DNA of 48,672 bases, from the NCBI GenBank assembly GCA_038045665.1, contig JBBSXW010000068.1, positions 3,251 to 51,922 on the forward strand, given 5' to 3'. The position numbers and the translations under genes were made by a program. The DNA comes from Nanobdellota archaeon (GTDB taxonomy: Archaea > Nanobdellota > Nanobdellia > SCGC-AAA011-G17 > JACPIM01). The first letter of the stretch is position 1. Each line of letters begins with the position of its first letter. Under the pieces are notes generated by a model. That model made no database searches, had not been told where the DNA came from, and saw nothing but the letters and a program-made list of their open reading frames with translations. Positions 43,942 to 48,672 of this stretch are shown piece after piece.

Positions 43942-44463
43942 TTATTTAACTTTCCTTCTATATAAAAAAGGCAGGCCTACTAGAAACAAAGCCACTGTGC
44001 TTGGCTCAGGAGGCGTCGGGGTTCTATCAATTTGATCTGGATAGACCACATTGCCAAAAATTTCATTATTGGGATCTCTATTGTTTGTAAAGTATTCAAT
44101 ATTAACATGCCATCTTGCTCCATTGTCACTAGCGTCAAATCTCGCTTCATCTGGCCCTAATTCAAAAAGCGGTACATAAAGATCTCCATCTCTCTCTAAT
44201 CCAAAATCTATCAGGCCACTCCTATTCGCCCATGCTTGGATTAGGTAATTTCCATCTCCGATGCGATGATTACTAACGTGTATAGGATCTGTATACTCGC
44301 CCTCCCAAAACAATTTCAAAACATCGCTTTCTAAAGCCGGTTGACCATCAAACATAACAGTACCGGTATAATCGTTCTCAACATACTGTGCATTCACATC
44401 CTTGCTAAAATACAAACTACCTAAAATAGTAGCCCCAATACCTAATCTTCTTAATAAGCTCAT
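43942..44463 (-). CDS. Secreted protein with PEP-CTERM-type C-terminal sorting signal
   Basis: Sec signal MSLLRRLGIGATILGSLYFSKDVNAQ. The C-terminus TPTPPEPSTVALFLVGLPFLYRRKVK has a Pro-Glu-Pro motif, a hydrophobic helix and a basic tail. Confidence 0.65.
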   Translation of the reverse strand: MSLLRRLGIGATILGSLYFSKDVNAQYVENDYTGTVMFDGQPALESDVLKLFWEGEYTDPIHVSNHRIGDGNYLIQAWANRSGLIDFGLERDGDLYVPLFELGPDEARFDASDNGARWHVNIEYFTNNRDPNNEIFGNVVYPDQIDRTPTPPEPSTVALFLVGLPFLYRRKVK

Positions 44464-44580
44464 TTTATTTCTCTAATATATTTTCTAATATTTAATATTA
44501 TTTAACTACTAATCAATAGTATTTAAATCTTTCGTAATCAAAAGCAACCTTTTTAAACACCGCTAAAATAAGCCAACTAA

Positions 44581-44955
44581 ATGGCAATATCTCAATTAAG
44601 ATCAAGAAGAAAACCATCAGGAGCAAGATACAAAAAAATAGTCAAAAAGCTCAGAAATAAAGGAAATCTCCCAACCCTAACAGGCATAGGAAAACTAAGA
44701 AAAACAGCAGCAAAAACTAGAGGCGGGCATATTAAACAAAGAATACTCAAAACGGACATAGCAAACATCTATGATCCAAAATTAAAAAAATACTTCAAAT
44801 CTAAAATAGAAAGCGTAATAGACGCCCCTAGCAACAGAAACTTTGTAAGAAGAAACATCATGACAAAAGGCACTATTATAAAAACAGAAAAAGGCAATGC
44901 CAAAATAACCTCCCGCCCAGGACAAGAGGGAACTGTTAATGCTATTTTAGTATAA
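44581..44955 (+). CDS. rps8e: Ribosomal protein S8e
   Basis: MAISQLRSRRKPSGARYKK... basic N-terminus, 124 aa. A CCTTTTTAAA promoter-like box lies about 30 nt upstream. Confidence 0.88.
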   Translation: MAISQLRSRRKPSGARYKKIVKKLRNKGNLPTLTGIGKLRKTAAKTRGGHIKQRILKTDIANIYDPKLKKYFKSKIESVIDAPSNRNFVRRNIMTKGTIIKTEKGNAKITSRPGQEGTVNAILV

Positions 44956-44957
44956 AA

Positions 44958-45254
44958 ATGAGATTTAGAATTCAAACATTAAAATCCATTTACATAGTAG
45001 ACTTAGAGGCCAGAACGTTATCTAAAAACAAAAAACCAATAGAATTAGAGGATCACGCAGTAAATATAATCTCTCAAGAGCAGAAAAAAGAAGTAGTTAC
45101 AGAAGAAAACGCAATGAACTTATTTAATTATCAACAAGCTCCTCCTCACATCAATAAAGGAAGCCAACCATATCAAATAGCCTACAAACAAAAAAACTGT
45201 CCAGCAACTCAATTCTCAAGTAAAATCACATCTATAAAACAAGTATTAAATTAG
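44958..45254 (+). CDS. Hypothetical protein
   Basis: 98-aa ORF tightly following S8e. No recognisable motif. Confidence 0.35.
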   Translation: MRFRIQTLKSIYIVDLEARTLSKNKKPIELEDHAVNIISQEQKKEVVTEENAMNLFNYQQAPPHINKGSQPYQIAYKQKNCPATQFSSKITSIKQVLN

Positions 45255-45526
45255 CCTATCCCTCTCCTAACATCAGTAACATCCACGCTCATAACCCCAT
45301 CTATATTCCTTATATTGTCTTCCAATGGATCAAGATTGCTTATTTTCTCATCTAAGCTAAATCTTGTTATTAAAGCATTTAGTCCAAAAGCAACAGGCTC
45401 TTTTTCAAAACCAGAAACCTTCCCGCCGAACTTCTCAATCAAATTCTTAGCTTCTTTTTGAATTTCATCTAGATCAACATCAACGCTTTCAGGCATTATC
45501 TTAAAAGTAACCAGAACTATACCCAT
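45251..45526 (-). CDS. ef1b: Translation elongation factor aEF-1 beta
   Basis: MGIVLVTFKIMPESVDVDLDEI...EPVAFGLNAL...VDVTDVRR is the typical 90-aa aEF-1beta. Confidence 0.88.
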   Translation of the reverse strand: MGIVLVTFKIMPESVDVDLDEIQKEAKNLIEKFGGKVSGFEKEPVAFGLNALITRFSLDEKISNLDPLEDNIRNIDGVMSVDVTDVRRGIG

Positions 45527-45528
45527 TT

Positions 45529-45687
45529 TTAGTTAGGACCTTCAAATTGACAGCGTTGACAAACATATTTAGTGGCTATTTCCCTCTCGTGATAGCTTCT
45601 GACTATTTTCGTTTCTCCGCATTGCGGGCATACAAACTTCACACTTCCAGGAAGCAGCGCTTTTCCATTAGGCGTTCTCTCAACCAT
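45529..45687 (-). CDS. Zn-ribbon protein (52 aa, below ORF-track cutoff), conserved EF-1beta neighbour
   Basis: Hand translation: MVERTPNGKALLPGSVKFVCPQCGETKIVRSYHEREIATKYVCQRCQFEGPN*. CPQC...CQRC zinc ribbon. Confidence 0.7.
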   Translation of the reverse strand: MVERTPNGKALLPGSVKFVCPQCGETKIVRSYHEREIATKYVCQRCQFEGPN

Positions 45688-45741
45688 AGGAAAACAATCT
45701 AAATAAATATTTATAAAGATTTCTTTAATCTATTAGCTTAT

Positions 45742-45843
45742 GCCCTCGTAGTTTAGGCTGGATATTATATAAACCAGTAAGAATGCGACCTTGCGGATTT
45801 TAGCGAAAAGGTTGTGACCGAGGTTCAAATCCTCGCGAGGGCG
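45742..45843 (+). tRNA. tRNA-Arg(GCG) with two BHB introns (45764-45779; 45797-45808)
   Basis: Spliced model (74 nt): GCCCTCG-TA-GTTT-AGGCTGGATA-GAAT-G-CGACC-TTGCGGA-GGTTG-TGAC-CGAGG-TTCAAAT-CCTCG-CGAGGGC-G.
- D-loop intron (16 nt): helix CTGG/CCAG, bulges ATA/TAA.
- Canonical 37/38 mini-intron (12 nt): helix TTGC/GCGA, bulges GGA/AAA. Confidence 0.72.
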
Positions 45844-45915
45844 TCCATTATAGAAAATAAAACCCAAACATTTAAATACTATAACACTTTATAATGGATT
45901 ATAAGGAGTTATAAA

Positions 45916-46134
45916 ATGCCAACCACAATACAAATCTCTGATAATGTAAAATCAGTTTTAGATAGAATGAAAATGATAGAGAGAGAAACCTATAACGATG
46001 TAATTGAAAGAATGATAGAAGATGATCTAGAATTAAACGAAAAAACAAAAGTTGAGATAGAAGAAGCTAGAAAAAGAATAAAAGCTGGAAAATTCATAAC
46101 TCAAGAGGAAGTTAAAAAAAGGCTTGGATTATAA
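45916..46134 (+). CDS. Type II antitoxin (RelB/VapB-like)
   Basis: 72-aa ORF with SD AAGGAG. Its stop overlaps the ATG of the RelE-like gene. Confidence 0.6.
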   Translation: MPTTIQISDNVKSVLDRMKMIERETYNDVIERMIEDDLELNEKTKVEIEEARKRIKAGKFITQEEVKKRLGL

Positions 46135-46382
46135 TGCCATTTAAAATTGTTTGGGACGAAAAGGCATATGATTCCTTAAACAAACTTGAACCAACCATAT
46201 CAAGAAGAATTCTAAAAAAAGTTGATGGATTATCAGAAAATCCTTTTTCTAAAGATATAAAAAAATTAAAGGGAAGTGACGATTTTAGACTTAGAGTTGG
46301 AGATTATAGGGTTATTTTTTCTATTGAAAGTAATGTAATCCAAATTCTAAAAGTTGGACATCGGAAAAATATATATGGTTAA
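46134..46382 (+). CDS. relE: RelE/ParE-family toxin
   Basis: 82 aa; pattern ...KKVDGLSENPFS...KKLKGSDDFRLRVGDYRVIFSIE..VIQILKVGHRKNIY is typical RelE. Confidence 0.8.
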   Translation: MPFKIVWDEKAYDSLNKLEPTISRRILKKVDGLSENPFSKDIKKLKGSDDFRLRVGDYRVIFSIESNVIQILKVGHRKNIYG

Positions 46383-46406
46383 TTGCTGCATAATAAAAAT
46401 TTACAA

Positions 46407-46862
46407 TTAATTCTTTTTAAAAATCATCTTATCCAGACTTATTTTTCCAGCACCAGAGAATATCAAAGAAACAGCCATTAATCCTAGTACAAATACAAAC
46501 TCAAAACCATTATTGGAAACTAAAAATCCATTCTTTCCATGCACCAATATAAATGCAACTAGCATATCTATAAAAATCAATGCGCTTGCTATCCTAGTAA
46601 ATATCCCTAACAAAACAGCAATGCCGCCAAAAAACTCAACTATTGCAACAACAATCGCAAAAAATCCGGCAGTAGGTATTCCTAAACTAGAAAAAAATCC
46701 AGTTGTGCCTAAAATCCCACCAAATAACTTCATATAGCCATGAACAATAAAAACAATACCCAAAGCTACCCTTATTAATAAATATGCCCAATCAGGATAT
46801 TTTTTCGAAAACATCGTATAGCAACATTCAAAAATAGGTATATAAATATTTAGATACCCCAA
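46407..46862 (-). CDS. DoxX-family membrane protein
   Basis: LIRVALGIVFIVHGYMKLFG and four TM segments. The likely start is the internal MFSKKYPDW (~46815). Confidence 0.7.
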   Translation of the reverse strand: MGYLNIYIPIFECCYTMFSKKYPDWAYLLIRVALGIVFIVHGYMKLFGGILGTTGFFSSLGIPTAGFFAIVVAIVEFFGGIAVLLGIFTRIASALIFIDMLVAFILVHGKNGFLVSNNGFEFVFVLGLMAVSLIFSGAGKISLDKMIFKKN

Positions 46863-46909
46863 TCAAGTAATTTATTAAATAATGTCAATAAGTATAAATT
46901 TACCTAAGA

Positions 46910-47140
46910 TTAAGCACTAATCTCAAATTTGAATGGTAGTGAAAGTTTAATCTCGCCCAATTTCCTCATTCTAGCCTTAAAGCTGAATATGGCTATGCCC
47001 TTGATGTCTTTTGTTGCCTTATCTACTATTTCAAAAACTCCATTATCTAAATTATCAAAATACGAATTTGAAATATCTCCAGAGGTTATCTCTAGAAAAT
47101 CCCCGTCTTCATCATAATAAATATTCATTTTATTTTCCAT
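46910..47140 (-). CDS. DUF2283-like small protein (putative antitoxin partner)
   Basis: MNIYYDEDGDFLEI...GIAIFSF pattern typical of DUF2283. It overlaps the end of the upstream gene. Confidence 0.6.
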   Translation of the reverse strand: MENKMNIYYDEDGDFLEITSGDISNSYFDNLDNGVFEIVDKATKDIKGIAIFSFKARMRKLGEIKLSLPFKFEISA

Positions 47141-47439
47141 TTTAATCCAGCTACCTTATTAGTAAAAAACGATGTTATTATATAGCCTTCACCATTTAAA
47201 TATTTAACTGAGATCAACAAATATCTTTCTAACGGATTCCTATATTTAAAATCCTTATAAAAATAAACCACAGTTTCATCTTGTTCAAAATACCTTATGG
47301 TCATTGGATTTTTCAAAGTATCTTGAATACTCTCTATCTGATCATGCATATGGGGATGTTTTAGTATATGTCTCCGCGCCTTGTCGGATAAGGATATTCT
47401 CCTACCAGTTTTATCTGTTATCTCGAATACGATACCCAT
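47125..47439 (-). CDS. DUF4258/PBECR-like putative toxin
   Basis: 104 aa; ...SDKARRHILKHPHM... followed by beta-rich YLLISVKYLNGEGYIITSFF. Pairing with DUF2283 is a known two-gene module. Confidence 0.45.
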   Translation of the reverse strand: MGIVFEITDKTGRRISLSDKARRHILKHPHMHDQIESIQDTLKNPMTIRYFEQDETVVYFYKDFKYRNPLERYLLISVKYLNGEGYIITSFFTNKVAGLKWKIK

Positions 47440-47492
47440 TTAATATTTGAACATGCGGTATATTTAAATATGTTTAGTAATTTTTATATAAA

Positions 47493-47843
47493 ATGTTAAC
47501 TAAAAAAAAGAAACTATTATTTATATGCACAGAAAATCTTCAAAGAAGCCCAACCGCTGAAGAACTAGTCAATACTTCTCCTAAATTTAAAGACTATACA
47601 GCAAGATCAGCTGGCACTTCAATTACTGCAGTAAGTCAAATAACTAAAACATTAATAGAATGGTCAGACATCATATTTGTTTTTAATGAAAAATACGAGA
47701 AGCATAAAACAATCCTTCTAAAAAAATTTCCAAATCTAAAAAAGAAAATAATTGATCTTGATATTCCAGACCGATATTATAGAAACGATCCTGAGCTTAT
47801 AAAAATACTGAAAATAAAATTAAAAAAATATTTATTAGATTAG
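47493..47843 (+). CDS. Low-molecular-weight phosphotyrosine phosphatase / ArsC-like (short form)
   Basis: CX5R(S/T) P-loop at the N-terminus (LLFICTENLQRSPTAE) and a later DIPD acid motif. Confidence 0.7.
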   Translation: MLTKKKKLLFICTENLQRSPTAEELVNTSPKFKDYTARSAGTSITAVSQITKTLIEWSDIIFVFNEKYEKHKTILLKKFPNLKKKIIDLDIPDRYYRNDPELIKILKIKLKKYLLD

Positions 47844-48672
47844 ACATCTCTAATACCAGTATCGTTAACTAAAAACAAGCACTCAGAATCTGGCATTGCG
47901 GGAGCATCAATAAGCTTCGCTACTCTTGTTCCTTTTTTCCCTCTTCTCAAATAACATCTGTACGTCGATGCGTGATGTAGTACGTGCCCACCAACAGCTT
48001 CCGTAGGATCACCAAAAAACATATCTGGTTTAGCCATCACTTGATTTGTAACATAAACTGCTATATTGTAAGTATGCGCTAATTTTAATAATGCATGTAT
48101 ATGCTTATTCAATTTTTGTTGTCGGTCTGCCAACATCCCCCTGCCTGCAAATTCGCTTCTAAAATGGCTCATCAAGGAATCGACAATGACTAATTTTATC
48201 GGCAAGCCTTGTTGAATTAGTTCTTCTATTTTCTCAACCATAAGCATTTGATGATCACTATTAAACGCCCTGCTCCCCCTAAAGTTTTTTAAGGCCTTTT
48301 CAGCATTCAAACCATAAGCATTGGCGATCTTCACTATAAACTCCGGCCTCAAAGTTCCTTCAGAATCAATCCAAAGAGCCATTCCGTTTGCCCCCCCTTT
48401 CTCCTTAGGCAACTGCACGCTTACAGCTAGTTGATGCGCAATACTGGTCTTGCCAGAACCATAAGCTCCATAAACTTCGGTCACAGCCCCAGTTTCTACA
48501 CCGCCGCCTAGCAATGCATCCAACGCCTTAGACCCCGTAGTAATTCTTATCACGTTTTGTCTTTTCTTCATCAAATCAACACCATCTTCAAATCCCATAT
48601 CTAACTTATTCCTAGCGGTATTAATGATTTTTCTAGCAACTGCTTCTCCAACACCAGCAGCCTCAACTAACT
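47840..48672 (-). CDS. radA: DNA repair and recombination protein RadA (N-terminus off window)
   Basis: Walker A GAYGSGKTS, Walker B LVIVDS, VYVTNQV. The frame stays open upstream of the listed Met to the window edge (..VEAAGVGEAVARKIINTARNKLD-MGFEDG), which is the HhH domain. Confidence 0.92.
   Translation of the reverse strand, partial: LVEAAGVGEAVARKIINTARNKLDMGFEDGVDLMKKRQNVIRITTGSKALDALLGGGVETGAVTEVYGAYGSGKTSIAHQLAVSVQLPKEKGGANGMALWIDSEGTLRPEFIVKIANAYGLNAEKALKNFRGSRAFNSDHQMLMVEKIEELIQQGLPIKLVIVDSLMSHFRSEFAGRGMLADRQQKLNKHIHALLKLAHTYNIAVYVTNQVMAKPDMFFGDPTEAVGGHVLHHASTYRCYLRRGKKGTRVAKLIDAPAMPDSECLFLVNDTGIRDV

Noticed and set aside
1-48672. CRISPR arrays, rRNA genes, transposases or IS elements
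   Set aside because: I saw no regularly spaced direct repeats, no rRNA-like conserved stretches and no transposase- or integrase-like ORFs. The only repeats found were the (TA)n tract, the 18-nt promoter duplicate, the tRNA-Gln 5' duplicate and intragenic protein repeats.

Overview
AT-rich archaeal chromosome segment; gene content and style suggest a DPANN-type lineage such as Pacearchaeota or Woesearchaeota. All protein calls come from motif recognition by eye, with no database search run.

The backbone is conserved archaeal information-processing genes:
- tRNA synthetases and RNA modification: ProRS, TrpRS, TruD, Bud32.
- The classic L44e-S27e-aIF2alpha-Nop10-PAC2 cluster, preceded by a GINS-like gene.
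- Protein targeting: FtsY and SRP54.
- Ribosomal proteins and neighbours: S15 with a RecJ/GAN-like gene, S3Ae, S8e, L37e with an Sm protein, and EF-1beta with a Zn-ribbon protein.
- RadA, running off the 3' end of the window.

There is also a dNTP-supply operon. It carries nrdR with tandem NrdR boxes, an intein-containing class II RNR, a thioredoxin and a P-loop kinase.

Accessory content:
- A surface-protein island at about 28.4-38.9 kb. Its core is four translationally coupled genes: a 41-aa RHH-like ORF, a 634-aa protein with a pilin-like signal, a ~1700-aa Cys-rich membrane-spanning giant, and a polytopic membrane protein.
- A mini exosortase/archaeosortase-like gene, with a distant PEP-CTERM-type candidate substrate.
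- A type IV pilin-like Cys-rich protein.
- Several toxin-antitoxin-like pairs.
- A frameshifted P-loop gene.

The most striking sequence-level observation concerns the tRNAs. All five tRNA genes (Gln, Thr, Val, Leu, Arg) are interrupted. I could fold 13 bulge-helix-bulge (BHB) introns by hand, and 11 of them sit at non-canonical positions. The tRNA-Thr candidate has four introns. The tRNA-Val intron sits inside the anticodon.

No rRNA, CRISPR array, transposase or integrase was seen.
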